Shown one piece after another: positions 19,565 to 27,441 of a stretch of DNA of 33,742 nucleotides (the first letter of the stretch is position 1; each line of letters opens with the position of its first letter). The position numbers and the translations under genes were made by a program. Source of the DNA: a virus (Duplodnaviria; Caudoviricetes); the IMG/VR virus record IMGVR_UViG_3300031766_000033, positions 1-33,742 of that record. One strand, written 5' to 3'. Below the pieces are notes generated by a model, which saw only the letters and a program-made list of their open reading frames with translations, did not search any database and was not told the DNA's origin.

Positions 19565-21042
19565 TGAGTCGCAATTTATTGGCAGGAGGTGACTTTCTTA
19601 CAACTTTTGATACGAGTTGGGTGACTTCGTTTAATACTCTTAGAGCCACAAACACTAGCTACAACACTAATCGTGTTACTACCTTTGCGACATCTAACGC
19701 CACTACAACAAGCTATGCGACAAATGTAACGACTACGTTCTCAACTCTTGTCCCGACTAGCACAAGCAACTCAACTAGCCGTGTGACCAGTTATCTGACT
19801 GCCGTACCCGCGACATACGCCAACACTTCGCGTGTTACGACTATCACAACAACTTACAATACTACTGTCCCTGCGGTTAATCAAAATACAAGTCGTATCA
19901 CACAAATAACGACAACGTATAACACGACAGTCCCTGCTACTTACGCGAATACTTCTAATGTAACGAATTTCACAACAAGTTATTCTACCTATGTGCCTCC
20001 GACGTACAGGGCAACAAGTCATGTTACGTCCTACACTACAACTTACGCGACAACCTATCCTGCTGTGTATAGGTCAACAAGCAACCCGACAGGAGTAGCG
20101 GCCTCTCGCATTACGTCATATTTAACATATTACACAACAACGTATTCAACATTGGTAACTGCTGCTTCCACAGTTTCTACGTCTAACGCGACGACTAGAA
20201 CTACGACATTCAACACAAGTTTTACCGGCACTGCTTATAGATATTTTACAGACTCAGGTTGCGGCTCAGAAGCAGGGTTTAGTCCTGTCTTTAGCGGTTG
20301 TTCGGGAACTAAATCACCAGGCGGCTGCGGCGGCTGTATTCCGACTCCTGGCGGCAGCGGTTATGAGTCTATTCAATCATGCTCTTCGTCTACCTGTACG
20401 AGCAGCACTAGCAATTCAACAAGCTACACAACAACTTACAATACAACTGTTCCTGCTGTTTATCGAAACACTAGCCATGTTACGTCTAAGACCACTTCAA
20501 ATAGCACGGCATACACTAGCACTATCACGACAACCTATAGCACATTAGTCAGCGCGGCATACAGCCAGAACACAAGTCACACAACTAGCAAAACAACTAG
20601 CTACAGCACACAGACTGCCGCAGGATACAACAGAACAACGTCTCATGTTACAAGCAGGACAACAACTTACAGCACTCAAACTGCTGCTGCATTTGTTCGT
20701 AGCACTAGCAATGTCACTGACATTACCACGACCTTCAGCACTGAGGTTGCGGCATCGTTTGTTCGCAGCACTAGTCACGCAACCACGATTACGACAACTT
20801 ACAGCACTCAAACTGCTGCGGGATTTGATAGGACTACAAGTCATACTACGACTTATACAACGACCTTCAATACTGATGTTCCGCAGAACACCTCTAGGTT
20901 GACTGCTAGAACAACAAGTAACGCTACAACGACAACTTATAACACAAGCAACACCACTACGTTTGCTACGTCACGCTCTACGAATACCAGTGTTTTGACT
21001 AGCCGCACAACCACTTTCTCAACATCCAACTACACAGGTTAA
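19564..21042 (+). CDS. Thr/Ser-rich fibre/adhesin protein with a central Cys/Gly-rich knob
   Basis: Thr at roughly every fourth residue, 21- and 22-aa repeats, and six Cys confined to aa 233-278. Translationally coupled (TAATG) to the fibre gene. Confidence 0.7.
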   Translation: MSRNLLAGGDFLTTFDTSWVTSFNTLRATNTSYNTNRVTTFATSNATTTSYATNVTTTFSTLVPTSTSNSTSRVTSYLTAVPATYANTSRVTTITTTYNTTVPAVNQNTSRITQITTTYNTTVPATYANTSNVTNFTTSYSTYVPPTYRATSHVTSYTTTYATTYPAVYRSTSNPTGVAASRITSYLTYYTTTYSTLVTAASTVSTSNATTRTTTFNTSFTGTAYRYFTDSGCGSEAGFSPVFSGCSGTKSPGGCGGCIPTPGGSGYESIQSCSSSTCTSSTSNSTSYTTTYNTTVPAVYRNTSHVTSKTTSNSTAYTSTITTTYSTLVSAAYSQNTSHTTSKTTSYSTQTAAGYNRTTSHVTSRTTTYSTQTAAAFVRSTSNVTDITTTFSTEVAASFVRSTSHATTITTTYSTQTAAGFDRTTSHTTTYTTTFNTDVPQNTSRLTARTTSNATTTTYNTSNTTTFATSRSTNTSVLTSRTTTFSTSNYTG

Positions 21043-21047
21043 GACTT

Positions 21048-21539
21048 ATGCTTTATTTAAAGCTCAACGCAGAAGGTCAGCCTAGCGAATATCCATTTAC
21101 GGAAGAGCAGGTCAGGGCTGATTTATCTCATGTAACTTTAGCTGAATTAACTGATGCCAATTTAGCCGCTCATGGATATGCTCTGCTGCATCCGACATCA
21201 GTTACTCCTCCTGCTCCTTCCAAAACGCACAGAGTGATTGTAAATGGCGCTGAATTTGATGGCGGGAAGTGGGTACGAACTTATAGCTCAGAAGAGATAA
21301 CTAGTGACCAGATTAAAAACCTTCGCATGGAGAATAAATGGAAATCTATTCGCCAACTGAGAGATCACTACATGGCTATGACTGAGTGGCGTATACAAAG
21401 AAATCTACGAGAGACTCGCATGGGAATCACTGTCACGGAGCCTATAGCTGATCTTGATGCTTTGATGCAGCGACTTGCTGATGTTACTAATGTTGATGAC
21501 CCTTATTTGGTTAATTTTACGGATGTAATTAACGGATGA
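21048..21539 (+). CDS. Tail fibre assembly chaperone-like protein
   Basis: EYPFT, GKWVRTY and KWKSIRQLRD...TEWR...Q+LAD+T resemble phage tail assembly chaperones encoded downstream of fibres. Confidence 0.65.
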   Translation: MLYLKLNAEGQPSEYPFTEEQVRADLSHVTLAELTDANLAAHGYALLHPTSVTPPAPSKTHRVIVNGAEFDGGKWVRTYSSEEITSDQIKNLRMENKWKSIRQLRDHYMAMTEWRIQRNLRETRMGITVTEPIADLDALMQRLADVTNVDDPYLVNFTDVING

Positions 21540-22441
21540 GATTAGCCCACGAACGAATGGCTGACCAAAACATTCAGGAGTCTAAAATAGGCTCCTTGGT
21601 GCGATCTGCTCGCAATTCTTGGGCTGAAAGCATTGAGGGTATTATTCGTAAGCATAGCCCTTACCCTATCACTTATGATGTTGGGCAAATACAGACCACA
21701 CGTTTTACTGAATACACCTACACTGAGCTATTATCAGGGGCATGGATAGCCACGCAGTCTAGGGAGATGAATTGTCGTATTAACAGCTTACTAATTAACG
21801 CTGACGAGACAATTAAACTGGATGATTTGGCAGCTTGTCTAACGGATAAGTACAACTTAAAAAGTGTAGAGCATACTCACAGTGGCGCTAAAAAGGTCGT
21901 GTTTATTCCCGGTCATAATATGCTAGATGTTTCATCTGTGGAGCTAATAACTCGGCTTGTACATGAAGACCAAGATGTAGTTATCAAGCCTCACCCACTG
22001 ACTAATGATGAGGCTTTAGGTTTTCTAGGTACAAGGTTTGGTTGGAACCGCATGGCTGACAAAATGGCAAGTGGTCACAAGATGCTATTAGATGCTGACA
22101 TTGTATATACAACCTCTGCGTCAGAGTTCTCGTTATCAGCTACCGCGCTTGGCAAGAAGGTTGTTAATGTCTCCAACTTCTTTAATGAGTTGGTAGGCGC
22201 TTATTATCCCATATCACGCTTCTTGTTTCTGGCGCACAAGGAATCAGTGGCTAAGGCACAGTCTGTCCTGAGCTGCTTAGTTAATTCTGACAAAAGCGGC
22301 TTAGTATTTCCGTGGCAGGACAACATAGAAAACCGGATTGAGTCGTACTATGCCAATAGCTTAGATGTGAAGCAGCGTTATCAATGCTTCACTGATAAGA
22401 GCCAGAAGAATGTTATTCAAGGTGAGAAAGTTAATGTCTGA
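21536..22441 (+). CDS. Putative GT-B glycosyltransferase, KpsC/KpsS (capsule synthesis)-like
   Basis: LTDKYNL (compare SKYN), VVIKPHP (HP motif), LLDADIVYTTSASEFSLSATALGKKV (compare VxTxxSxxGxEAxxxGKxV). Confidence 0.55.
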   Translation: MRLAHERMADQNIQESKIGSLVRSARNSWAESIEGIIRKHSPYPITYDVGQIQTTRFTEYTYTELLSGAWIATQSREMNCRINSLLINADETIKLDDLAACLTDKYNLKSVEHTHSGAKKVVFIPGHNMLDVSSVELITRLVHEDQDVVIKPHPLTNDEALGFLGTRFGWNRMADKMASGHKMLLDADIVYTTSASEFSLSATALGKKVVNVSNFFNELVGAYYPISRFLFLAHKESVAKAQSVLSCLVNSDKSGLVFPWQDNIENRIESYYANSLDVKQRYQCFTDKSQKNVIQGEKVNV

Positions 22442-22604
22442 CAAAAACCCACAAGTGGCAAAACGAATCGCTATCTGTAAATCATGCCCAGAGCTTACGA
22501 TTATAAAGACCTGCAAAAAGTGCGCTTGCTTTATGCCAGCCAAGATTCGTATTCCTTCAGCTTCATGCCCAATGCTGAAATGGCTTCCTGCTGAAAAGCC
22601 GTAA
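22434..22604 (+). CDS. Small Cys-rich protein (DUF6171-like)
   Basis: RIAICKSCP...CKKCACFMPAK...ASCPMLKW. The ATG at 22434 overlaps the upstream stop. Confidence 0.65.
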   Translation: MSDKNPQVAKRIAICKSCPELTIIKTCKKCACFMPAKIRIPSASCPMLKWLPAEKP

Positions 22605-22623
22605 ACCTTAAGGAAAACAGCTA

Positions 22624-23814
22624 TTGGTATCTTTAATTGATTACGCAAAGACAGAACGCCAACGCGAAGCAATAAAAGCGTGGCAAGACTGCGGAGAAGT
22701 GGTTGCTCAAGCGGCGGGGGTTTTGGGTATTTCTCCGTCTACCCTGCGCGACCACATTGGTGCGGTTAAAAACTATGCCGCCAGTGCGGGTTACTCAAAC
22801 AACTGGGATGCGACTCGACACGTTCCTGAAGGCGAAGTGGTCATCGGTCGTTCTATCTACACCTCAGATGATGAAGGTAACAAGGCGTGGCTGAAGACTA
22901 AGCGTACTATGACCGAGGCAGCGCGAGACAAAGCTCTGCAAGGTTTTGTTGACGGCCTGGTTAAAGGTCTTCCCAAGTACAAGCCTAAAGCCAAGCCAAA
23001 GACTGAGAAGTTTGCGACAGATTTATTACCTAGCATTATCATAGGTGACGCACATTTCGGTATGAGGGCTGACTCTCGTGAAACTAAAGAGCAGGATTAC
23101 GATACCAAGATAGCGGCCAAGTCTCATCTTGAGGCTATAGACTATCTGGTCAGCGTATCTAGTGCTTCTGAGCATTCTCTGTTAGTAAACGTGGGCGATT
23201 TTATTCACGCTAACGGATCAGCAGGTACTACTTTTGGCGGCACTAGACTAGATGTAGACACGCGCATTGAAGTTGTTCTTGAGACTGCGGCTCAGACGTT
23301 TATATTTGCGATAGAGAAAATGCTATCTAAGCATAAAAACGTCAGCGTGATAATGGCTCGTGGTAATCACGACTCGGATACAGCTATCGCTCTTGCTCTT
23401 ATACTGAAGTTTTACTACGCAAAAGAACCAAGGGTAACGATCCTAGACCCTCACGGATTCTTCCACACACTTCAGTTTGGGGCTACTTTGATTGCTGTAC
23501 ATCACGGCGATAAAGTTAAAGCGCCTAAGCTAGCAGCTATTTTGCCAAGGATGTTACCGGATCAATGGTCGTCTACTAATTACCGAAAATGGCTAGTAGG
23601 ACATATCCATCATCAGAACGCGATAGAGACGGATAATGGTGTATTTGTGGAATCCTTCGGGACGTTAGCTTTTCCAGACTCTTACCATGCAAGTCACGGC
23701 TATTCCGCATCTAGCGTAATGACACAGATTACTTTTCATCGTGATGGAGGAGAGGCGCTTCGTCACGTTTACCAAATCAGGGCTTCTCGCAAAGTCCCTG
23801 ACCTGACGCTATAG
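22624..23814 (+). CDS. HTH-fused calcineurin-like metallophosphoesterase
   Basis: N-terminal HTH (QAAGVLGISPSTLRDHI) and all five MPE motifs: GDAHFG, VGDFIH, GNHD, HHGD, GHIHH. TTG start with AAGGA RBS. Confidence 0.85.
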   Translation: MVSLIDYAKTERQREAIKAWQDCGEVVAQAAGVLGISPSTLRDHIGAVKNYAASAGYSNNWDATRHVPEGEVVIGRSIYTSDDEGNKAWLKTKRTMTEAARDKALQGFVDGLVKGLPKYKPKAKPKTEKFATDLLPSIIIGDAHFGMRADSRETKEQDYDTKIAAKSHLEAIDYLVSVSSASEHSLLVNVGDFIHANGSAGTTFGGTRLDVDTRIEVVLETAAQTFIFAIEKMLSKHKNVSVIMARGNHDSDTAIALALILKFYYAKEPRVTILDPHGFFHTLQFGATLIAVHHGDKVKAPKLAAILPRMLPDQWSSTNYRKWLVGHIHHQNAIETDNGVFVESFGTLAFPDSYHASHGYSASSVMTQITFHRDGGEALRHVYQIRASRKVPDLTL

Positions 23815-23816
23815 GC

Positions 23817-24074
23817 ATGAAGATGGAAGACCGATTACACCGAGTAGAAGCTAAAATTGACAAGCTACAGGAGGCGGTTATCTCTTTAGCGCGTGTTGAG
23901 GAGCAGTTAGTGACTGTGTTTAATCGTCAGTCTTCCATTGAGTCTAAGGTAAACGGTCTCGATGATAAGGTAGATCGCCTATCCGAAAGCGTGATAAAAG
24001 GTAAGTCAGCCGAGCGTATTGTATGGCTAGTCGTAGCTGCCGCGATTGGCGCAGCGTTTAGATTCTTAGGATAA
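23817..24074 (+). CDS. Coiled-coil protein with a C-terminal transmembrane helix (XhlA-like lysis accessory protein/holin)
   Basis: Heptad region followed by IVWLVVAAAIGAAFRFL; first gene of the lysis cluster. Confidence 0.55.
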   Translation: MKMEDRLHRVEAKIDKLQEAVISLARVEEQLVTVFNRQSSIESKVNGLDDKVDRLSESVIKGKSAERIVWLVVAAAIGAAFRFLG

Positions 24075-24076
24075 CT

Positions 24077-24271
24077 ATGGAAACCATCCCTTTCCCAGAC
24101 AAGATAAGCGACAGATTGACCGAGGAAGCGATGGATAAGCTCGGTGAGTGGGTCGAGGAGTATGTAGAAAAAGGGGTGAATCAGGTTAGCCTTATAGGTC
24201 TGATGGAGATATACAAGACCTCTCTGGCTTATAATCTGCTAGAGGACGAATACGATGATGAAGAAGATTAG
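24077..24271 (+). CDS. Hypothetical acidic protein
   Basis: AGGA RBS; tightly packed between its neighbours. Confidence 0.55.
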   Translation: METIPFPDKISDRLTEEAMDKLGEWVEEYVEKGVNQVSLIGLMEIYKTSLAYNLLEDEYDDEED

Positions 24272-24509
24272 AACGGCGTTTAAGGCGCTACAGAAGGGTA
24301 AGGCAGTTGCTGACCCAGCTAAGTGGAAGAGTCGTCAGATAACCGCTACAGCGCTCACAGGGGCGATCTGGGCGGCTATACAGGCTGCGGAGGCATTTGG
24401 GTATGCGATACCAGTGGACGAGACTACCGTTGATTCTGTGGCTGTTGGGGTTCTTGCTTTGGTCAACTGGCTGCTCACACTATCAACATCTGAAAAGGTC
24501 GGGGTGTAG
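24255..24509 (+). CDS. Putative holin (two hydrophobic segments)
   Basis: KWKSRQI followed by two hydrophobic helices and a basic N-terminus; in the lysis cluster. Confidence 0.55.
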   Translation: MMKKIRTAFKALQKGKAVADPAKWKSRQITATALTGAIWAAIQAAEAFGYAIPVDETTVDSVAVGVLALVNWLLTLSTSEKVGV

Positions 24510-24612
24510 TCTCGGCGTTAAGCCTGTAATCGTGAACCCTCACTGGGTTGAAGTCGTACCAAACATCTATGGCATTGAGGCCATCTTATTAACTGTGGAG
24601 TGTAAGATATGA
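24403..24612 (+). CDS. Putative lipoprotein overlapping the holin in another frame (spanin candidate)
   Basis: GGAGG at 24389-24393 and ATG at 24403. Signal peptide MRYQWTRLPLILWLLGFLLWSTG-C. The stop overlaps the next ATG (ATGA). Confidence 0.5.
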   Translation: MRYQWTRLPLILWLLGFLLWSTGCSHYQHLKRSGCSLGVKPVIVNPHWVEVVPNIYGIEAILLTVECKI

Positions 24613-24869
24613 GTTTATTTGAATACTTAGGTTGGGTTAAACGTCTCTGGTCAATGGTAGTAGAGATCGTCAAATTGATAGAGGAGACTATCCCTGATGA
24701 TGGAGCTGGTAAAGAAAAGCTCGCTGCTTTTGATCTCATGCTTAAGGCGGCTATTGAAAAAGCTGATGATATTGACGCTGAGTTTGATAAGTTGCAGCCT
24801 GTTGCTCACGATATCGTTTCTAGCGTTATTACTCTCTTTAATACCGTGGGAATATTTAAACGATCCTAA
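24609..24869 (+). CDS. Hypothetical lysis-cluster protein (weakly LL-H holin-like)
   Basis: GGAG RBS, amphipathic helices and a GAGKEKL motif; coupled to the endolysin start. Confidence 0.5.
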   Translation: MSLFEYLGWVKRLWSMVVEIVKLIEETIPDDGAGKEKLAAFDLMLKAAIEKADDIDAEFDKLQPVAHDIVSSVITLFNTVGIFKRS

Positions 24870-25288
24870 TGACTAGACTAGAAAAGCTACTCATCAAGCG
24901 TGAGGGCTACCAGAAGAAAGCATATGAGGATTCTGTCGGCGTAGTCTCCATTGGAGTCGGCAGAAACCTTGATGATCTGGGTTTATCTGACGAAGAGATC
25001 ATGTATCTATTGAACAACGATATTATGCGTTGCGATAAAGAGCTGATTAATTGCTTCCCTTGGTACTCACAACTGAGTCGGGTTCGTCAGGAAGTCATGT
25101 TAATGCTTTGCTTCAACCTTGGATTGACTCGGCTGCGTAAGTTCGTCAAGGCTCTGTCTTGCATGGAGCGTGGAGAATTCAGCCTAGCTGCTGATCATTT
25201 CCTAGACTCCAAGTGGGCGAAGCAGGTCGGGTACAGAGCAGTAGAGCTGACTGAGATGCTTATTACCAACAGGTATCCTACAGAGTAA
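24869..25288 (+). CDS. Endolysin, GH24 (T4-type) lysozyme
   Basis: REGYQKKAYEDSVGVVSIGVGRNL (E-x8-D catalytic motif), FNLG, LDSKWAKQVGYRA. Confidence 0.92.
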   Translation: MTRLEKLLIKREGYQKKAYEDSVGVVSIGVGRNLDDLGLSDEEIMYLLNNDIMRCDKELINCFPWYSQLSRVRQEVMLMLCFNLGLTRLRKFVKALSCMERGEFSLAADHFLDSKWAKQVGYRAVELTEMLITNRYPTE

Positions 25289-25505
25289 CCTTCTTAGACT
25301 TTTCTATCTCAGATTCGATGATAAAATCGCAGAATTGCTTAATCTTGCGTAAATCCTCAATCCCGCCCTTATCTCTCCATCGAGTAGCGTACTTCACTAT
25401 ACAGCCCTCTGCGAACGGTAGCTGATTCGCCATAATGTATTCTATGGGTTGAATCTTTAGCTTCTTGTAGTGATCGCCAGCTACCTGATAGTCAGTCGAT
25501 TTCAT
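25278..25505 (-). CDS. DUF3310 / SaV-like protein
   Basis: QVAGDHY, IQPIEYI, EGCIVKYATRWRDKGGIEDLRK. Confidence 0.85.
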   Translation of the reverse strand: MKSTDYQVAGDHYKKLKIQPIEYIMANQLPFAEGCIVKYATRWRDKGGIEDLRKIKQFCDFIIESEIEKSKKVTL

Positions 25506-25989
25506 TAGTCACCTTTGTGTTATTAATGAGTTTCTCTATGGGCTGTATATACTTCGCGGATGCGCTAAGGCAGTCGTAGTGTGTTGGTTTTGCGTATTTT
25601 ACAAATCGTTCCCGACTCATGCAGCCTAAAATATTAACGCAGTTCTCTTTTTTAAATTGCGCTAGTATTGCAACTTCAGCCTTGAATGCTGATTGACGTT
25701 TAAACACTAGGTCATTATTGGGATAAGACCTAGTTTTGACATCTACAGTGTAGTTGTTATAAATAAAATCAATCCCATAGTCTACGCCTACCTTTTCAAA
25801 GTCCATGTCAAGACCTAATGCCTTTGCTACAGCCAGTTCTCCGACCATGCCTATATAATCAACATCCTTATCCGACTTAGACTGATCTACTCTTTGGTTT
25901 TTGATTTTGCTAGATCTGGCGTAATTGCTTCTATTTGATGCTGCGTGTTTACATTGGTCTAATTCGTCTTGAGTTAGAATTACTTGCAT
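25492..25989 (-). CDS. PD-(D/E)XK nuclease-fold protein
   Basis: GELAVAK...DYGIDF...TVDVKT pattern. Confidence 0.55.
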   Translation of the reverse strand: MQVILTQDELDQCKHAASNRSNYARSSKIKNQRVDQSKSDKDVDYIGMVGELAVAKALGLDMDFEKVGVDYGIDFIYNNYTVDVKTRSYPNNDLVFKRQSAFKAEVAILAQFKKENCVNILGCMSRERFVKYAKPTHYDCLSASAKYIQPIEKLINNTKVTNEID

Positions 25990-26414
25990 TAAATAATTAT
26001 CCTTTGCTCGTGGTATTTAATTTGCTGTTGAAGGTGGGACAATATGTCTTCGTACTCTGGCAGAGATATCTTCTTGACGACATTAGGACGGCTGACCATA
26101 TCGTCTACATAGTCTTTCCCATAGTAGTCATACATGAACTTCTGGTAGTTATGAGCTACTGTCCCTGCGCCCTTACCCATCTGTAGATTGCATCCTGCGC
26201 ACTGGGGATGGACGTTCTCTATCTCTAACGCGAGATGGTGAGTACCTCCTTTGCCCTTTGCAATGTAGTGACCGCCATGCATCCCATCCCGATAATGCTT
26301 AACCACTCCGCAACTGACGCACTCTACATAACCGTATTCGTCAGCAGCAGATATCCTAGCTAACAACTGGATAGCCACTAAGCATTTCTTTCTTACCTGA
26401 GCTAGAGTCGGCAA
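25989..26414 (-). CDS. ninG: NinG/Rap-like recombination endonuclease
   Basis: ECVSCG, HGGHYI, ENVHPQCAGCN, YGKDYVD. Confidence 0.85.
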   Translation of the reverse strand: MPTLAQVRKKCLVAIQLLARISAADEYGYVECVSCGVVKHYRDGMHGGHYIAKGKGGTHHLALEIENVHPQCAGCNLQMGKGAGTVAHNYQKFMYDYYGKDYVDDMVSRPNVVKKISLPEYEDILSHLQQQIKYHEQRIII

Positions 26415-26623
26415 AAGTAACCTGTCCTTAGCGCGTCCATAACCTTCAGCGCTCGTCTTTGTGTCTCATCATCAAACTGATTAAATCGCATAGACAACAG
26501 TTCTAGTGAGAACTGACGCTTTGTCACTGGTACAATCTTTTCGAGCTGTCTAATATCTCTGGGTTTAGTCCAGGTTATCTTAGATTCATTTCCGCTCTTG
26601 TCGTTGCCTGAGTTGATCGCCAT
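26402..26623 (-). CDS. Hypothetical protein
   Basis: Fits the tightly packed minus-strand operon. Confidence 0.55.
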   Translation of the reverse strand: MAINSGNDKSGNESKITWTKPRDIRQLEKIVPVTKRQFSLELLSMRFNQFDDETQRRALKVMDALRTGYFCRL

Positions 26624-26919
26624 TGCTCAAACCTCATGTTAAATACTTGTATCTTATGTTTAAGCATTACTGCTTGTTCTATTGCTACCTTAAGACCTTC
26701 AAGCAATTGTAGGTACTCAGGATGCGAATAGGCGTAACGCTCTTGTTTAGCTATTGGCATAGAAGGGTTAGTCCTTTCTGCCTCTGCCATAAGTATAGCC
26801 TTTTTGGACTTTCTGAACTCCATAAGATACATTCTGTTGGCTTCAGCCTCAGAGTATTGTCTGGTGATCTTCTCAAGCTCTGCGAGAGTATTTCCTGCGC
26901 TCGAATTCGTTTCTGACAT
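26575..26919 (-). CDS. Hypothetical helical protein (possibly a UvsY-like recombination accessory); start uncertain
   Basis: All-helical: EFRKSKKAILM, QERYAYSHPEY, FEQWRS. Located in the recombination operon. Confidence 0.55.
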   Translation of the reverse strand: MSETNSSAGNTLAELEKITRQYSEAEANRMYLMEFRKSKKAILMAEAERTNPSMPIAKQERYAYSHPEYLQLLEGLKVAIEQAVMLKHKIQVFNMRFEQWRSTQATTRAEMNLR

Positions 26920-27043
26920 ATAGTTCAACTCGTTCACGTTGCTCTGTAGGAACTTCTTTTAGAGCAGCCCTTCGCTCTTCTACTGTCTTAAGATCAAGGA
27001 TCTCAGCAGCGTAATGCCTTGGGCGTTTTTGGTTATTAAACAT
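26873..27043 (-). CDS. Hypothetical protein
   Basis: Likely start at 27043 (MFNNQKRPRHYAAEIL...), overlapping the upstream stop. Confidence 0.55.
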   Translation of the reverse strand: MFNNQKRPRHYAAEILDLKTVEERRAALKEVPTEQRERVELYVRNEFERRKYSRRA

Positions 27044-27233
27044 CAGGCGGTCTACCCAGCGTAGCGTATTTAAATCCAACTTCGATATGCGTAGTCTGGA
27101 AGCGTATAGAGTTATGTTTCTTACGCACCACATATCTATTGTCTCTTTGAAATACATAGTATTTGAAACGCTCTGTTTCAGCGCAGTATTTGGCTTCCTC
27201 TAACGCTGACTCAAGATCGTCAAATGTCTGCAT
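27036..27233 (-). CDS. Hypothetical protein
   Basis: AGGAG RBS; FDDLESALEEA motif; operon packing. Confidence 0.6.
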   Translation of the reverse strand: MQTFDDLESALEEAKYCAETERFKYYVFQRDNRYVVRKKHNSIRFQTTHIEVGFKYATLGRPPDV

Positions 27234-27441
27234 TGTTGACTCCTAGTCGCAAGAACTCTATAGGGCTGAGTTCTAATTCAGTCGCCACTTTGCAGACTAG
27301 CGACAGAGGCGCGTCTTCCATATGCCTCCATCGCGAGATATGCTGCTTTCGCACATCAAATCGCTGCGCAAGATCAACAGACTTAATGCCGTTGATCTCC
27401 TGAGCGATCTTCAGTGATTTGCCGAAGTTAAACTTGTACAT
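27220..27441 (-). CDS. Cro/CI-like (XRE) HTH regulator
   Basis: FGKSLK...VDLAQRFDVRKQHISRWR...LELSPIEFL. Confidence 0.8.
   Translation of the reverse strand: MYKFNFGKSLKIAQEINGIKSVDLAQRFDVRKQHISRWRHMEDAPLSLVCKVATELELSPIEFLRLGVNNADI

Noticed and set aside
14390-21042. Diversity-generating retroelement or invertible fibre cassette
   Set aside because: No reverse transcriptase or invertase gene, and no template/variable repeat pair. The repeats are in-frame coding tandem units.
19564-21042. Ice-binding (antifreeze) beta-solenoid interpretation of the Thr-rich protein
   Set aside because: It lacks regular short turns and TxT solenoid periodicity. The 4-residue period and mirrored arms fit a hairpin ribbon better, although ice binding is not excluded.
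27220-27441. CI repressor of a classic lysogeny switch
   Set aside because: HTH only, with no S24 peptidase domain. It sits mid-operon rather than at the divergent promoters, and no integrase or att site was seen.
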